A DNA stretch of 64,000 nucleotides from an uncultured beta proteobacterium (GCA_963847675.1 CAWKAP010000005.1:292611-356610); one strand, 5' to 3'; numbered from the stretch's first letter, positions 9,981-23,391 are shown. A program made the numbers and translations. The notes: generated from the letters alone by a model not told the origin.

Positions 9981-11394
9981 ATGTCCGCAGGCTTGTTGCG
10001 GGTCGAGTCGCTCGACCTCGAGGGTCGCGGCATTGCGCGCAGCGAAGGCAAGGTCGTGTTCATCGCCGGCGCACTGCCCGGCGAGCTGGTGCGCGCGGAG
10101 ATCATTGCGCGCAAGCCGAAATTCGACCGGGCGCGACTGCTCGACGTGGTGCAGGAGAGCACGCTGCGGGCGCGACCGGCTTGTCCTCATTTCGGCCTGC
10201 ATGCCGGCGCCTGCGGTGGCTGCTCGATGCAGCACGTCGAGCCCCGCGCGCAGGTGGCCATCAAGCAGCGCGTGCTGGAGGACGCGCTGTGGCACCTGGC
10301 CAGGTTGCGGCCGCGGCAGGTGCTGCGGCCGATCGTGGGGTGCGCCTGGGGATACCGGCACCGGGCCCGGCTTGCCGTGCGATACGTGGCGAAGAAGGGT
10401 GGCGTGCTGGTCGGCTTCCACGAGCGCGGCAGCAGCTACGTGGCCGACATGCGTGAATGCCACGTCCTGCCGACTGGAGTCAGCCGCCTGCTGATTCCCC
10501 TGCGGGAACTGGTGGGCTCGCTGTCATTGCGCGAGCGGCTGCCGCAGATCGAGGTCGCGGTGGGGCAGAGCGGCGGCGTGGAGCGTGTCGTGCTCGTGCT
10601 GCGCGTGCTGCAACCGCCGACCGATGATGACCGCGCCAGGATCGAGGCGTTCGCTTCGATGCACGGCGTGGCGATCTGGCTGCAACCGGGAGGACCACAC
10701 ACGGCGACGCCGATGAACGCCGATCAGGAAGTCGAACTGACCCTGGGGTTGCCGGAGTTCGGGCTGGCGCTGCCCTTTCTGCCGACTGATTTCACGCAGG
10801 TCAATCATCGACTCAATGAGGTGCTGGTCCGCACGGCGGTCCGGCTGCTCGACCCCCAGGCGGGCGAGCGCGTCGTCGATTTCTTCTGTGGCCTGGGCAA
10901 TTTCACGCTGGCGCTGGCCCGGCGGGGCGCCGACGTGCTCGGTGTCGAAGGCAGCCGTGAACTGCTCGACCGGGCCAAGAGTGCGGCGTGTCGGAATGGC
11001 CTGGCGGACCGGGTGCATTTCATCGAGCACAACCTGTTCGAATGGACGGCAACAGACTGGTCGCAACTGGCGAAGACGTTCGGTGCGGTCGACAGGGTGC
11101 TTGATCGACCCGCCGCGTGAAGGCGCATTGGCCGTTGCCAAGGCACTGGCCGCCGACCCGGCATCGGTTCGTCGGGTCGTCTACGTATCGTGCAACCCTG
11201 CGACGCTGGCGCGAGACTGCGCCGTGCTGGTGCACGAAGGCGGCTGGACGCTTGAGGCAGCGGGGGTGGTCAACATGTTTCCCCATACCTCGCACGTCGA
11301 GTCGATCGCCATGCTCGAGCCGCCTGCGCAGAGAGCGGCAGAGGCGCCACCGCATGTTAATATCGACCGTTTCCGAAGCGTCGCAAACCTTTAA
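9981..11394 (+). pseudogene. rlmD: 23S rRNA (uracil1939-C5)-methyltransferase RlmD/RumA, interrupted by a single extra base near 11100
   Basis: It has a TRAM-like N-terminus and an Fe-S Cys cluster (CPHFGLHAGACGGCSMQH). Frame 0 ends ...[12 protein letters not shown]. Frame 1 continues from 11101 with [17 protein letters not shown]...[13 protein letters not shown]...[14 protein letters not shown]. Skipping base 11100 restores [12 protein letters not shown], the SAM-methyltransferase DPPR motif. Confidence 0.85.
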
Positions 11395-11495
11395 TTTATT
11401 GGACTTTTTTGCGTGCGCGCCGAATCCGGGGCCGCGTGCCGCCAAGGCGCGGCTGCACCAATCCAGACCATCCATTCCGAAGCGAAAAGACAATC

Positions 11496-11921
11496 ATGGC
11501 CATCGAAAGAACGCTTTCCATCGTCAAACCCGACGCCGTCGCGAAGAACGTGATCGGAAAGATCCTGTCGCGTTTCGAGGGCGGCGGACTGAAAATCGTC
11601 GCCGCCCGCATGATGCAGCTGTCGCGTGCCGAGGCCGAGGCCTTCTACGGCGTTCATCGCGAGCGGCCTTTCTTCAAGGACCTGGTCAATTTCATGATTT
11701 CGGGCCCGATCATGGTTCAGGTGCTCGAAGGTGAAAACGCGATCGCCAAGAACCGCGAGCTGATGGGCGCCACTGATCCCAAGAAGGCCGCGCCCGGGAC
11801 GATCCGCGCCGATTTCGCCGACAGCATCGACGCCAACGCCGTGCACGGTTCGGACGCGCCGGAAACCGCGCGCGTCGAAGTCGCGTTCTTCTTTCCTTCG
11901 ATGAACATCCACTCGCGCTGA
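11496..11921 (+). CDS. ndk: nucleoside diphosphate kinase
   Basis: [23 protein letters not shown]...[20 protein letters not shown], 141 aa. Confidence 0.98.
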   Translation: MAIERTLSIVKPDAVAKNVIGKILSRFEGGGLKIVAARMMQLSRAEAEAFYGVHRERPFFKDLVNFMISGPIMVQVLEGENAIAKNRELMGATDPKKAAPGTIRADFADSIDANAVHGSDAPETARVEVAFFFPSMNIHSR

Positions 11922-11937
11922 GCAGCGCGCGCCGGCT

Positions 11938-13053
11938 TTGCAGAACCTCCTCCTTCTTGACGCGGCAGGGCTCGAGGCTTACGTCGCGAGCCTCGGCGAG
12001 AAGCCGTTCCGCGCCCGCCAGCTGATGCGCTGGATCCATCGGCGCGGCGCGCCGGGATTCGCGGCGATGACCGATCTCGCCCGATCGCTGCGCTCACGGC
12101 TGGAGGGGTCGGCAAGCATTTCCGCGCCGGAGGTGATCAGCGACTCGACCTCCGTGGACGGCACCCGCAAGTGGCTGCTCGATGTCGGCCTCGGTAATGC
12201 GATCGAGACGGTCTTCATCCCCGAGGACGATCGCGGCACGCTGTGCGTCTCATCGCAGGCCGGCTGCGCGATGAACTGCCTGTTCTGCTCGACAGGCCGT
12301 CAGGGGTTCAACCGCAACCTGACCACGGCCGAGATCATCGGGCAGCTCTGGTGGGCGGAACACGCGCTGCGCGCGCAGCGCGGGATCACGACCGAGAGCG
12401 AACGGGTGATCAGCAACGTCGTGCTGATGGGCATGGGCGAGCCGCTGCAGAACCTCGATGCGCTGCTGCCGGCCCTGCGGCTGATGCTCGACGACAACGC
12501 CTACGGCCTTTCGCGGCGGCGGGTCACGGTGTCGACGTCGGGCCTCGTGCAGCAGATCGACAAGCTGGCTGCCGAATGCCCGGTTGCGCTGGCGGTGTCG
12601 TTGCACGCGCCGAACGACACGCTGCGTGATCGGCTGGTGCCGCTGAACCGCAAGCATCCGCTGCGCGAACTGATGGCGGCGTGCCTGCGCTATCTGCGTC
12701 ACGCGCCGCGCGACTTCATCACCTTCGAGTACGTGATGCTCGACGGCGTCAACGACTCGATGGCGCAGGCCCGCGAGCTTGTGGCGCTCGTGCGCGACGT
12801 GTCGTGCAAGTTCAACCTGATCCCGTTCAATCCGTTCCCCGGTTCCGGGCTGGCGCGATCGCCCGCCGGGCGCATCGCCGATTTCGCGCAGGTGCTGATC
12901 GACGCCGGCATCGTCACGACGACGCGCAGGACGCGCGGTGAAGACATCGACGCCGCCTGTGGCCAGCTGGCCGGCGAGGTGCAGGACCGGACGCGGCGCG
13001 CGCACCGTGGTGCCCGGCAGCTGCCGCCCGTGGTGGCGGTTGCAGGCAGGTAG
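11938..13053 (+). CDS. rlmN: 23S rRNA/tRNA (adenine-C2)-methyltransferase RlmN (radical SAM)
   Basis: [13 protein letters not shown], the radical-SAM cluster [20 protein letters not shown], and an [12 protein letters not shown]-terminal region. TTG start. Confidence 0.96.
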   Translation: MQNLLLLDAAGLEAYVASLGEKPFRARQLMRWIHRRGAPGFAAMTDLARSLRSRLEGSASISAPEVISDSTSVDGTRKWLLDVGLGNAIETVFIPEDDRGTLCVSSQAGCAMNCLFCSTGRQGFNRNLTTAEIIGQLWWAEHALRAQRGITTESERVISNVVLMGMGEPLQNLDALLPALRLMLDDNAYGLSRRRVTVSTSGLVQQIDKLAAECPVALAVSLHAPNDTLRDRLVPLNRKHPLRELMAACLRYLRHAPRDFITFEYVMLDGVNDSMAQARELVALVRDVSCKFNLIPFNPFPGSGLARSPAGRIADFAQVLIDAGIVTTTRRTRGEDIDAACGQLAGEVQDRTRRAHRGARQLPPVVAVAGR

Positions 13054-13064
13054 CGGGGTCGCGC

Positions 13065-13865
13065 ATGCCGAGATCTTTGAGCCGGTTGATGGTTGCGGTG
13101 GTTTTCACCGTGCTCGCGAGCGGCTGCACGACGGTGACGACCACGGTCGGCGGGGTCGAGGTCCCCACCGACTCGGGCAAGAGCGAGGCCGATCCCCGCA
13201 AGCGCGCCGAGATCCGCACCGAGCTCGCATCGAACTACTACCGGGACGGACGTCTGGCGATAGCGCTCGAGGAGGTGCAGCGCGCGGTGAAGATCGACGA
13301 CCGCTATGCGCCTGCGCACACCCTGCTCGGACTGATCTACATGGACGTCGGTGACCGCCGCGAGGCCGAAGCGAGCTTCGGACGGGCGCTGCGGCTGGAA
13401 CCCGACGACCCGAACATCCTGAACAATTTCGGCTGGTTTCTCTGTCAGACCGGGCGCGAGCGCGAGTCGATCGATTATTTCCAGCGCGCCGCCGCCAACC
13501 GTCTGTATGCGACGCCGGGCCTGGCGATGCGCAATGCGGGCGTGTGCCTGCTGAGGATCAACGACGTGGAGGGTGCCGAGCGCGCCCTGCGCAGGTCGCT
13601 GGAGATGGAGGCGAGCGATCCCTTCACGAAATTCGAGCTCGCCCGCCTCTACCTCAAGCGCAGCCAGCCGGACCGGGCCGATTTCTATTACGGGCTGCTC
13701 GATCCGGCCAGCCGTGGCAGCGCTCCCGGTCTGTGGCTCGGCGTGCGCATCGCCCGCGCCAACGGCGACCTTCGCCGGGAGCGCGAACTGGCGAATCAGT
13801 TGCGAGAACGTTTTCCGGATTCGGCGGAGGCATCGGCGCTGCGCCGCGGAGCCTACGATGACTGA
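13065..13865 (+). CDS. pilW: TPR lipoprotein, type IV pilus biogenesis/stability protein PilW (PilF)-like
   Basis: Lipobox LASGC, TPR repeats throughout, and a conserved position between rlmN and rodZ/ispG. Confidence 0.75.
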   Translation: MPRSLSRLMVAVVFTVLASGCTTVTTTVGGVEVPTDSGKSEADPRKRAEIRTELASNYYRDGRLAIALEEVQRAVKIDDRYAPAHTLLGLIYMDVGDRREAEASFGRALRLEPDDPNILNNFGWFLCQTGRERESIDYFQRAAANRLYATPGLAMRNAGVCLLRINDVEGAERALRRSLEMEASDPFTKFELARLYLKRSQPDRADFYYGLLDPASRGSAPGLWLGVRIARANGDLRRERELANQLRERFPDSAEASALRRGAYDD

Positions 13866-14769
13866 AGTCGAGACGAAGGGTGGAAAGCCGGCGGTCGCGC
13901 CTGCCGCGCCGGTCGAGTCGCAGCTGCCGCCTGCCGCCGGCCGTTCTGCCCAGGATCATGCGGACGAGGACGGCTCGTTCGGTCGTGCCCTTGCCGCCGC
14001 ACGGGAGGCGCGCGGCCTGTCGCAGTCCGACATCGCGGCCCAGCTGCGACTCAACGTGCGCCAGGTCAGGGCTATCGAGGCGGAGGACCTGGCTGCCTTG
14101 CCCGAAGGACCGTTCATTCGCGGCTACGTGCGCAACTACGCTCGGCTGGTCGATCTTCCCCCCGAACCCTTGCTGTTCCTGCTGGGCAGGAGACTGAAGC
14201 CTACCGACCCGTTACCTATCGGAGGCGGAACTGCTGCCGCGGCAAGCCCGATCCAGCGGCCGCCGCGTGAGCCGTTGTCGGGGCGGATCGTGATCGGGGG
14301 TGCCTTGGCAGCGCTGCTGGTCTTCGCCGCGTTCGGCTGGTGGACGATGAGCGCGGACCAGCGGGCGCGCGTGCCTGAAGTGGTCCAATCCGTGCCGGCG
14401 GCCAACGTGGAGCAGCCGCCTGCGCCGGCGCCGGTGGCTCCCGAGCCGCTCGCAGCGGCGCCGGTCGCGGAGACGCCGTCGCCGGCACCGGAGGCTGCGC
14501 CCGCATCGGCCGCTGCGCTTGCGTCGGCGCAAGCTGCATTGCACTTCAAGTTTCGCGGCCGGTCGTGGGTCGAGGTCAGGCAGGCCGACGGCACGATGCT
14601 GATGTCGAAGAACAATCCACCGGGCACCGAGCAGACGATCGACGGCGTGCCACCCTACACGGTCGTGATCGGCAACGCCTCCAAGGTCGACCTCGAGTTC
14701 CGCGGCGAGCCGGTCGACCTCGCGGCGGCCGTCAGCCGCGACGATGTTGCACGGCTCCGGCTCGAGTAG
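13858..14769 (+). CDS. rodZ: RodZ-like cytoskeleton protein (HTH, TM segment and DUF4115-like C-terminus)
   Basis: XRE-type HTH ([21 protein letters not shown]), a TM segment ([19 protein letters not shown]), a Pro/Ala linker and a C-terminal [18 protein letters not shown]...[15 protein letters not shown]. The ATG overlaps the pilW stop by 8 nt. Confidence 0.8.
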   Translation: MTEVETKGGKPAVAPAAPVESQLPPAAGRSAQDHADEDGSFGRALAAAREARGLSQSDIAAQLRLNVRQVRAIEAEDLAALPEGPFIRGYVRNYARLVDLPPEPLLFLLGRRLKPTDPLPIGGGTAAAASPIQRPPREPLSGRIVIGGALAALLVFAAFGWWTMSADQRARVPEVVQSVPAANVEQPPAPAPVAPEPLAAAPVAETPSPAPEAAPASAAALASAQAALHFKFRGRSWVEVRQADGTMLMSKNNPPGTEQTIDGVPPYTVVIGNASKVDLEFRGEPVDLAAAVSRDDVARLRLE

Positions 14770-14776
14770 CGGGGCG

Positions 14777-16054
<1,278 letters not shown>

Positions 16055-16059
16055 GTCAG

Positions 16060-17391
16060 ATGAAGAAGGAAAAGCTCGCCGCCGTGCGCGGCATGAACGA
16101 CCTGTTGCCTGCCGATGCGCCGCTGTGGGAGGTTTTCGAGGCGCGCGCAATCGACGTGCTGCGTGCCTACGGCTATCGGCAGATCCGCACGCCGATCGTC
16201 GAGCAGACCGCGCTGTTCACGCGCGGCATCGGCGAGGTCACGGACATCGTCGAGAAGGAGATGTATTCCTTCGTCGACCAGCTCAACGGCGAGCAACTGA
16301 CGCTGCGGCCGGAGGCCACGGCCTCGGTGGTGCGCGCGTGCATCGAGCACAACCTGCTGTACGAGGCGCCGCGACGGCTCTGGTACCTGGGGCCGATGTT
16401 CCGGCACGAGCGCCCGCAGCGGGGCCGCTACCGCCAGTTCCACCAGATCGGCGCCGAGGCGCTCGGCTTTGCGGGGCCGGACGTCGACGCCGAGCAGATC
16501 CTGCTGCTCAAGCGGCTGTGGGACGTGCTCGAGATCGGTCCGGTGCGGCTGGAGCTGAATTCGCTGGGCAACGGCGAGGAACGGGCGCGCCACCGCGCGG
16601 CACTGATCGGCTATTTCGAGTCTCACGCCGACCTGCTCGACGCCGACGCTCGCCGCCGGCTGCACAGCAATCCGCTGCGCATCCTCGACACCAAGAACCC
16701 GTCGATGCAGTCGCTGGTGGCCAGCGCGCCGCGAATCACCGACTTCCTCGGCGAGGGGTCGCGGGCGCACTTCGAGCGCCTGCAGGAACTGCTCAGCGCC
16801 GGTGGGGTCGAGTTCCGGATCAACGAGCGCCTCGTGCGCGGCCTCGACTACTACAACCTGACCGTCTACGAGTGGATCACCGACCGGCTCGGGGCACAGG
16901 GTACGATCTGCGGCGGCGGCCGCTATGACCCGTTGATCGAGATGCTCGGCGGCAAGCCGGCGCCGGCCTGCGGGTTCGCGATCGGCGTCGAGCGGGTCAT
17001 CGAACTGCTGCGCGAGACCGGGCAGGGGGTCGAGGTGCCGGCCTGCGACGTCTACGTGCTGCACCAGGGCGGGGCGACCTACCTGGCGGCGCTGCGAGCC
17101 GCGGAGAACCTCCGTGACGCCGGGCTCGAAGTGATCCTGCACGCGGGCGATGGCAGCCTCAAATCGCAGATGAAGCGCGCCGACGCAAGCGGAGCGGAAT
17201 TCGCGGCGATCGTCGGCGAGGCCGAGGCAGCAGCCGGGAGCGCGACGATCAAGGCACTCCGCGCGGCGGATTCCGCGGCGCCGTTCGCGCAGCAGCGGGC
17301 CGTCGCGGTCGCGGAACTGGGTGAGACGCTGTCGGCGGCGATGGCCGCCGCCGGCTCGGTGGACAATGAGCGGATTTCCGGGACGAACTGA
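16060..17391 (+). CDS. hisS: histidyl-tRNA synthetase
   Basis: [60 protein letters not shown] and GGGRYD. Confidence 0.97.
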   Translation: MKKEKLAAVRGMNDLLPADAPLWEVFEARAIDVLRAYGYRQIRTPIVEQTALFTRGIGEVTDIVEKEMYSFVDQLNGEQLTLRPEATASVVRACIEHNLLYEAPRRLWYLGPMFRHERPQRGRYRQFHQIGAEALGFAGPDVDAEQILLLKRLWDVLEIGPVRLELNSLGNGEERARHRAALIGYFESHADLLDADARRRLHSNPLRILDTKNPSMQSLVASAPRITDFLGEGSRAHFERLQELLSAGGVEFRINERLVRGLDYYNLTVYEWITDRLGAQGTICGGGRYDPLIEMLGGKPAPACGFAIGVERVIELLRETGQGVEVPACDVYVLHQGGATYLAALRAAENLRDAGLEVILHAGDGSLKSQMKRADASGAEFAAIVGEAEAAAGSATIKALRAADSAAPFAQQRAVAVAELGETLSAAMAAAGSVDNERISGTN

Positions 17392-18032
17392 TGGCTTACG
17401 ACCTCGAAGAGCAGGAGCAGCTGGCCACGATCAAGGCGTGGTGGGAGCGCTGGGGCAACCTGGTGCTGACAACGGTCACCGTCGTGCTGCTGGCGATTGC
17501 CGCATTCAACGGCTGGCGCTGGTACGAACGACACGAGGCTGCCAATGCTGCCGCGCTGTATGACGAGTTCGTGAGTTCCCTGGCGGGAACCGATGTCGCG
17601 CGCAAGAGGGAGCTGGCGGGCACGCTGATCGAGCGCTACGGGCGCACCGTTTACGCCCCGATGGCGGCACTGGAGGTCGCCAAGATCAACTTCGAGGGTG
17701 GCGACCTGGGCGCGGCCCGGGCCCAGCTGCGGTGGGTGATCGACAAGTCCGACCATCCGGAACTGGCCCACATCGCCCGGCTGCGACTGGCCGGGGTTCT
17801 GCTCGACGAGAAGGCCTACGACGAGGCGCTGAAACTGCTGACGGAGTCCGTTCCGGCCTCGCTTTCCGCGTCCTTCGCCGACCGCCGCGGCGACGTGCTG
17901 ATGGCCATGGGCAGGGCCGACGAGGCGCGCTCGGCTTACCAGGAGGCCCTGGACAAGGCCGAGGCGCAGCACCCGATGCGGCCGATCATCCAGCTCAAGC
18001 TCGATGCGCTGCCGCCGGCCGCGGCATCCTGA
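17391..18032 (+). CDS. YfgM-family membrane-anchored TPR-like protein
   Basis: N-terminal EEQEQLATIKAWWERWGN followed by a TM helix, a TPR-like body, and a conserved position between hisS and bamB. The ATG overlaps the hisS stop by 1 nt. Confidence 0.8.
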   Translation: MAYDLEEQEQLATIKAWWERWGNLVLTTVTVVLLAIAAFNGWRWYERHEAANAAALYDEFVSSLAGTDVARKRELAGTLIERYGRTVYAPMAALEVAKINFEGGDLGAARAQLRWVIDKSDHPELAHIARLRLAGVLLDEKAYDEALKLLTESVPASLSASFADRRGDVLMAMGRADEARSAYQEALDKAEAQHPMRPIIQLKLDALPPAAAS

Positions 18033-18039
18033 GGTGGTC

Positions 18040-19197
18040 ATGGGCAAACTACGCGGCACGGCTCGCCGCCGGCGCGCCTTCGCCGCCGCGGTGGTGGGTG
18101 CCGGTCTTCTCGCCGGCTGCGGACTGTTCGGCGCGAAGAAGACGCCGCCGTCGCCGTTGCCGGAGCTCCAGCCCAGTCTCAACGTCACAACGGCGTGGCG
18201 GGTTTCGGTCGGCAGCGGGCGCGACTCGTTCCTGCAGCCGGCGATCGTCGAGAACGCAATTTATGCCGCGGCGGCCAACGGCTCGGTGCTGCGCGTGGAT
18301 CCGGCCTCGGGCAATGTCGTCTGGCGCGCCGACGTCGAGTCGTCGATTTCTGCCGGAGTCGGCAGCGACGGGTTCACCGTTGCCGTGGCCACGCCGCGAG
18401 GCGAGGTGATCGCGCTCGACGCCGATGGCAAGGTCCGCTGGCGCGCCCAGGCGACCAGCGACGTGATCGCGCCGCCATTGGTCGGTCGTGGCCTCGTCGT
18501 GGTGCGCTCGACCGACCATCGTCTCACCGCATTCGAGGCCGACAGCGGAAAGCGCCGCTGGGCCTACAGCCGGCAGTTGCCCGCACTGGCGCTGCGCGCT
18601 TCGACCGAGATGGCCTTCGCCGGCGACAACGTCCTGGTCGGATATCCCGGCGGGCGGCTCGTTGCGGTGGCTTTGTCCAACGGCGCTGTTCGCTGGGAAG
18701 CGTCCGTTTCGGAGCCCAAGGGCACGACCGAGGTCGAGAGACTGGCCGACGTGCTCGGACCTGTCGTGGTGGCCGATGGGCAGGCGTGCGCCGCATCGTT
18801 CCAGGGCCGCGTGATGTGTGCCGATGCCGCCACCGGGTCGCTGCGCTGGTCACGCGAGCTGTCGGCGGGCGCGGGCGTCGCTCGTGACGCGCGCGGCGTC
18901 TATGCGGTCGACGCGACTTCCCAGATACACGCGCTTGCTGCGGATGGCGGCGCCAGCCTCTGGCGCAACGAGCACTTGTCCCATCGCGAACTGACGACGC
19001 CGCTGGTGTTGCCCGCGGCCGTGCTGGTCGGCGACCTCGAGGGCTACGTGCACTTCCTGTCGCTTGCCGAAGGACGTTTCGTTGCCCGGGTACAGGTCGA
19101 TTCGAGTCCGATCCGGGCCCGCCCGCTGGCGCTGGACGAGAGCGCGATCATCCTGACCAGCGACGGCACGCTGGCGTTGCTGACGCCGCGGCGTTGA
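18040..19197 (+). CDS. bamB: outer membrane protein assembly factor BamB (PQQ-like beta-propeller lipoprotein)
   Basis: Lipobox LLAGC, repeated beta-propeller blades, and a position between yfgM and der. Confidence 0.9.
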   Translation: MGKLRGTARRRRAFAAAVVGAGLLAGCGLFGAKKTPPSPLPELQPSLNVTTAWRVSVGSGRDSFLQPAIVENAIYAAAANGSVLRVDPASGNVVWRADVESSISAGVGSDGFTVAVATPRGEVIALDADGKVRWRAQATSDVIAPPLVGRGLVVVRSTDHRLTAFEADSGKRRWAYSRQLPALALRASTEMAFAGDNVLVGYPGGRLVAVALSNGAVRWEASVSEPKGTTEVERLADVLGPVVVADGQACAASFQGRVMCADAATGSLRWSRELSAGAGVARDARGVYAVDATSQIHALAADGGASLWRNEHLSHRELTTPLVLPAAVLVGDLEGYVHFLSLAEGRFVARVQVDSSPIRARPLALDESAIILTSDGTLALLTPRR

Positions 19198-19213
19198 TCG
19201 GCCGGCCGCGACG

Positions 19214-20554
19214 ATGACGCCGGTAGTCGCGCTGGTCGGCCGACCGAATGTCGGCAAGTCGACGCTGTTCAACCGGCTCACGCGCAGCCGCTCGGCGCTG
19301 GTCGCGGATTTTCCCGGACTGACGCGCGATCGCCACTACGGCGAAGGCCGGGTCGGTCCGGTTCCATACATCGTCATCGACACCGGCGGTTTCGAGCCGG
19401 TTGCGGCGGAAGGCATCACGCGCGAGATGGCCCTGCAGGCCGAGGCGGCGATTGCGGAGAGCGACGTCGTCGTCTTCCTCGTCGACGCGCGCGACGGACT
19501 CGTGCCGCAGGACCGGCGCATCGCCGAGCGCCTGCGTCGCTCCGGGCGGCGGCCGCTTCTGGTCGTCAACAAGGCCGAAGGCCTGCCGCCTGCGGCGATC
19601 GCCGAGTTTTACGAACTCGGGCTCGGCGACCCGCTGCCGATCTCGGCAGCGCATGGCGACGGCGTCGCCGCGATGATGGAACTTGCGCTGGTGGGCCTGA
19701 CCGAGGCCGAGTCGCCGGATCAAGAGGGGGAGGGCGAAGCCCGCGTCCGTGTCGCGATCGTCGGCCGACCCAACGTCGGCAAGTCGACCCTGGTCAACGC
19801 GTTGCTGGGCGAAGAACGGATGATCGCGTTCGACGCGCCGGGCACGACGCGCGATGCGATCGAGGTTGAGTTCAGCTACGGCGGGCGCGAGTACCTTCTG
19901 GTCGACACGGCCGGCCTGCGACGACGAGGCAAGGTGTTCGAAACCGTCGAAAAATTCTCGGTGGTCAAGACGCTCCAGGCCATCGACGGCAGCAACGTCG
20001 TCGTCCTCCTTTTCGACGCAGCGGCGGAGATCGCCGAGCAGGACGCGCACATAGCGGGCTACATCCTGGAAAAAGGGCGGGCCCTGGTGCTGGCCGTCAA
20101 CAAATGGGACGACGTCGACGACTACCACCGCTCGCTGGTCAAGCGCGACCTCGAGCGGAAGCTTCATTTTCTCGACTGGGCCAAGCTGCACTTCATCTCG
20201 GCCCGCAACCGCAGCGGCCTGGCGGCGCTGATGCGCTCGGTGGATAGTGCGCACCGCGCGGCGTTCGCCAAGCTGCCGACGCCGAAGCTGACGCGGGCGC
20301 TGCGCGCGGCCGTGGAGAGGCAGCAGCCGCCGCGCGCCGGCCACAGCCGGCCGAAGATGCGCTACGCGCACCAGGGCGGACACAACCCGCCGGTGATCGT
20401 CGTGCACGGCAATTCGCTGGGTCACGTCCAGCCGGCCTACCGGCGCTACCTCGAGGGCTGGTTCCGGCGCGAGTTTGCGCTGGCGGGAACGCCTCTGCGC
20501 ATCGAGTTCCGTACCAGCACAAATCCCTATGTGGCCGCGCGCGAGGCGCGATAG
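19214..20554 (+). CDS. der: ribosome-associated GTPase Der/EngA
   Basis: Two tandem GTPase domains, each with [10 protein letters not shown](F/V)N and DT(G/A)G, plus a C-terminal KH-like domain. Confidence 0.98.
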   Translation: MTPVVALVGRPNVGKSTLFNRLTRSRSALVADFPGLTRDRHYGEGRVGPVPYIVIDTGGFEPVAAEGITREMALQAEAAIAESDVVVFLVDARDGLVPQDRRIAERLRRSGRRPLLVVNKAEGLPPAAIAEFYELGLGDPLPISAAHGDGVAAMMELALVGLTEAESPDQEGEGEARVRVAIVGRPNVGKSTLVNALLGEERMIAFDAPGTTRDAIEVEFSYGGREYLLVDTAGLRRRGKVFETVEKFSVVKTLQAIDGSNVVVLLFDAAAEIAEQDAHIAGYILEKGRALVLAVNKWDDVDDYHRSLVKRDLERKLHFLDWAKLHFISARNRSGLAALMRSVDSAHRAAFAKLPTPKLTRALRAAVERQQPPRAGHSRPKMRYAHQGGHNPPVIVVHGNSLGHVQPAYRRYLEGWFRREFALAGTPLRIEFRTSTNPYVAAREAR

Positions 20555-20668
20555 CGGGTGGTTTTCTTTTCCGCTACATTGAATTTTCGTGCGTCGGAGC
20601 CATCTAAGCGTTCGTCCGGACGTTCCGGGGCCCCGGGGCACGGTCGAATCGAACAAGACGGAGCCGAG

Positions 20669-20902
20669 ATGAGCAACAAAGGGCAACTCCTACAAGACCC
20701 GTTTCTGAATGCACTGCGCAAGGAACACGTGCCGGTGTCGATCTATCTCGTGAACGGCATCAAGCTGCAGGGGCAGATCGAATCGTTCGACCAGTACGTC
20801 GTCCTGCTTCGCAACACCGTCACGCAGATGGTCTACAAGCACGCGATCTCGACGGTCGTCCCGGCGCGTGCGGTCAATCTGGCCACGGAGTCGGACGCCT
20901 GA
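20669..20902 (+). CDS. hfq: RNA chaperone Hfq
   Basis: [65 protein letters not shown]. Confidence 0.98.
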   Translation: MSNKGQLLQDPFLNALRKEHVPVSIYLVNGIKLQGQIESFDQYVVLLRNTVTQMVYKHAISTVVPARAVNLATESDA

Positions 20903-20937
20903 CCTCGTTCAAGATCGAATCGGCCCACGCGCGGCGG

Positions 20938-22104
20938 GTGCCGCGCGCCTTCCTGGTCAGTGTCGTTGTCGGCGCGCGCGGAAATGGCGGGCACGAAGCG
21001 GCCGACGCTCTCGAGGAGATGCGTCAACTCGCCGTTTCCGCCGGCTTCGAGATCGCCGGCGAACTCGGCGCGCGGCGCGATCGTCCCGACGCCTCCTTCT
21101 ACATCGGAAGCGGCAAGGTCGAAGAGCTGGCGCGCCTGGCCGCGGACAGTGGCGCCGGCATCGCGGTCTTCGACGTCCCGCTGAGCCCGGCGCAGCAGCG
21201 CAATCTGGAACGAAGCCTGAACCTGGCGGTGCTCGACCGGGAACTGCTGATCCTCGAAATCTTCGCCCAGCGCGCCAAGAGCAGCGAGGGCAAGCTGCAG
21301 GTCGAAGTTGCCCAGCTCGAGCATCTCGCCACGCGACTGGTCCGTGGCTGGACCCACCTGGAGCGGCAGCGGGGCGGGCTGGGCAAAACCGGCGGGCCGG
21401 GCGAGAAGCAGATCGAACTGGACCGCCGGCTCATCAGTGCGCGCGTCAGGCGGCTGCGTGAGCGCCTGAAGGCGCTCGGCAGGCAGCGGCGCACGCAGCG
21501 CCGCGCCCGAGCCCGGCGTGACGTGTTTTCGGTTTCGCTGGTCGGCTACACGAACGCCGGGAAGTCCACGCTGTTCAATGCCCTGACCCGTGCCGACAGC
21601 TTTGCCGCCGACCGGCTGTTCGCCACGCTCGATACCACTTCGCGGCGCTGCTTTGTCGGCGATGATCTCGAGGTCGTCGTGTCTGACACCGTTGGCTTCA
21701 TCCGCGGACTGCCGCATCAGCTGGTCGACGCGTTCAAGTCGACGCTGGAAGAATCGATCGAGGCGGACCTGCTGCTGCACGTGGTCGACGCCTCCTCACC
21801 GGCGCGCGACGCACAGATGAGTGAGGTCGACCGCGTGCTCGCCGACATCGGTGCCGCCGACGTGCCGCGCCTTCTGGTGTTCAACAAGATCGATCGGATC
21901 GACCGCGGCTCCGCGTTGGAGCGCGATGCCTGTGGTACGATCCGCGCCGTTTTTCTCAGTGCGGCAACCGGCGACGGCGTCGAATTCCTGCGCGAAGCGA
22001 TTGCCGAACGCGTGCGAGCTGCGCGCACGCCCGCCGCGGAGTCTGTTTCGTCGCCAGGAGTTGTCACGCAGGCGGCGGGACCCGCAACCAGCCTCCATAA
22101 GTAG
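20938..22104 (+). CDS. hflX: GTPase HflX
   Basis: LILEIFAQRAKSSEGKLQVEVAQL, GPGEKQIELDRR, the G1 motif GYTNAGKSTLFNALT, DTVGFI and NKID. The GTG start is uncertain. Confidence 0.96.
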   Translation: MPRAFLVSVVVGARGNGGHEAADALEEMRQLAVSAGFEIAGELGARRDRPDASFYIGSGKVEELARLAADSGAGIAVFDVPLSPAQQRNLERSLNLAVLDRELLILEIFAQRAKSSEGKLQVEVAQLEHLATRLVRGWTHLERQRGGLGKTGGPGEKQIELDRRLISARVRRLRERLKALGRQRRTQRRARARRDVFSVSLVGYTNAGKSTLFNALTRADSFAADRLFATLDTTSRRCFVGDDLEVVVSDTVGFIRGLPHQLVDAFKSTLEESIEADLLLHVVDASSPARDAQMSEVDRVLADIGAADVPRLLVFNKIDRIDRGSALERDACGTIRAVFLSAATGDGVEFLREAIAERVRAARTPAAESVSSPGVVTQAAGPATSLHK

Positions 22105-22119
22105 CGATTCGCCACTTCC

Positions 22120-23391
22120 ATGCATCTCCTCTCCGGAATTTCCCTTGCCCTCAACGACCCTCAGTGGGGTCGCGGCTCGGGCTCGGGCGGTGACGACGAC
22201 GATCGCGGCGACGGTCGTCGCGACCGGCCGCAGGGCGGCGGTGGCACGCCGGATCTCGACGAACTCTGGCGCGACCTGAACCGTCGGCTCAATGGCCTTT
22301 TCGGCAGGCGCGGCGGCGGGTCGGGCGGCGGCCAGTCCGGCGGTGGCGGCGGGGGAGGTTTCCGTCCCGATGCGCGCGGTGCCGGCGTCGGCGTGGCGAC
22401 GGTGCTGGCGGTTGCGGCGCTGATCTGGCTGGGCAGCGGCGCCTACATCGTGCAGGAGGGCCAGGTCGCCGTGGTGACGACGTTCGGCCGCTACAGCGAG
22501 AGCACGCTCCCGGGTTTCCGCTGGCGGCTGCCGTGGCCGATCCAGGCGCATGAGCCGGTCGACGTGCTGTCGGTGCGGACGCTCGAGATCGGCTCGCGCG
22601 GCCGGGCCGACCGGCTGAAGGAGTCGCTGATGCTCACCGACGACGAGAACATCGTCGACGTGCATTTCACTGTGCAGTACCGCATCAAGGAAGGCATCGA
22701 CGGCGCCCGTGACTTCGTCTTCAACGTCCGCCGCCCGACCGAGTCGGTGGTCCAGGTCGCCGAGTCCGCGATGCGAGAGGTGGTCGGCGGCCAACTGATG
22801 GACAAGGTGCTGTACGAGTCGCGGCAGGAAATCGCCGACGAGGTCCGGGAGCGCATGCAGGAGAACCTTGACCTCTACGGCACCGGCATCCTGGTCTTGC
22901 AGGTGGCGATCCAGAACGCGCAGCCGCCGGAGCAGGTACAGGCGGCGTTCGACGATGCGGTCAAGGCCACCCAGGATCGCGAACGGCTGATCAACGAGGG
23001 CCAGGCCTACGCCAACGACGTCATTCCCAAGGCGGGCGGCACCGCCGCGCGTCTTCTCCAGGAAGCCGAGGGCTACCGCACGCGGATCGTGCAGACCGCC
23101 GAAGGCGACGCGGCGCGCTTCCGCCAGGTCGCTGCCGCCTACAGCAACGCACCCCAGGTGACGCGCGACAGGATGTACCTGGAGACGATGCAGCAGATCT
23201 TTTCCAGCACGTCCAAGGTGCTGATCGACAGCAAGTCGAGCAACCAGCTTCTCTATCTGCCGCTGGACAAGCTGCTGCAGCAGTCGATGGGAGATGCGGC
23301 GACCGTGCGTCCCCCGGCATCGATGCCGTCCGAGCCGTCGCCGGCCGAGCCTCGGCCAGGCGCGGGCGCGCGCGTCCGCGAGTCGCGCTAG
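22120..23391 (+). CDS. hflK: FtsH protease modulator HflK (SPFH/band-7)
   Basis: Gly-rich N-terminus, a TM segment, an SPFH domain (VQYRIKEG...VVQVAESAMREVVG), and hflC directly downstream. Confidence 0.93.
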   Translation: MHLLSGISLALNDPQWGRGSGSGGDDDDRGDGRRDRPQGGGGTPDLDELWRDLNRRLNGLFGRRGGGSGGGQSGGGGGGGFRPDARGAGVGVATVLAVAALIWLGSGAYIVQEGQVAVVTTFGRYSESTLPGFRWRLPWPIQAHEPVDVLSVRTLEIGSRGRADRLKESLMLTDDENIVDVHFTVQYRIKEGIDGARDFVFNVRRPTESVVQVAESAMREVVGGQLMDKVLYESRQEIADEVRERMQENLDLYGTGILVLQVAIQNAQPPEQVQAAFDDAVKATQDRERLINEGQAYANDVIPKAGGTAARLLQEAEGYRTRIVQTAEGDAARFRQVAAAYSNAPQVTRDRMYLETMQQIFSSTSKVLIDSKSSNQLLYLPLDKLLQQSMGDAATVRPPASMPSEPSPAEPRPGAGARVRESR

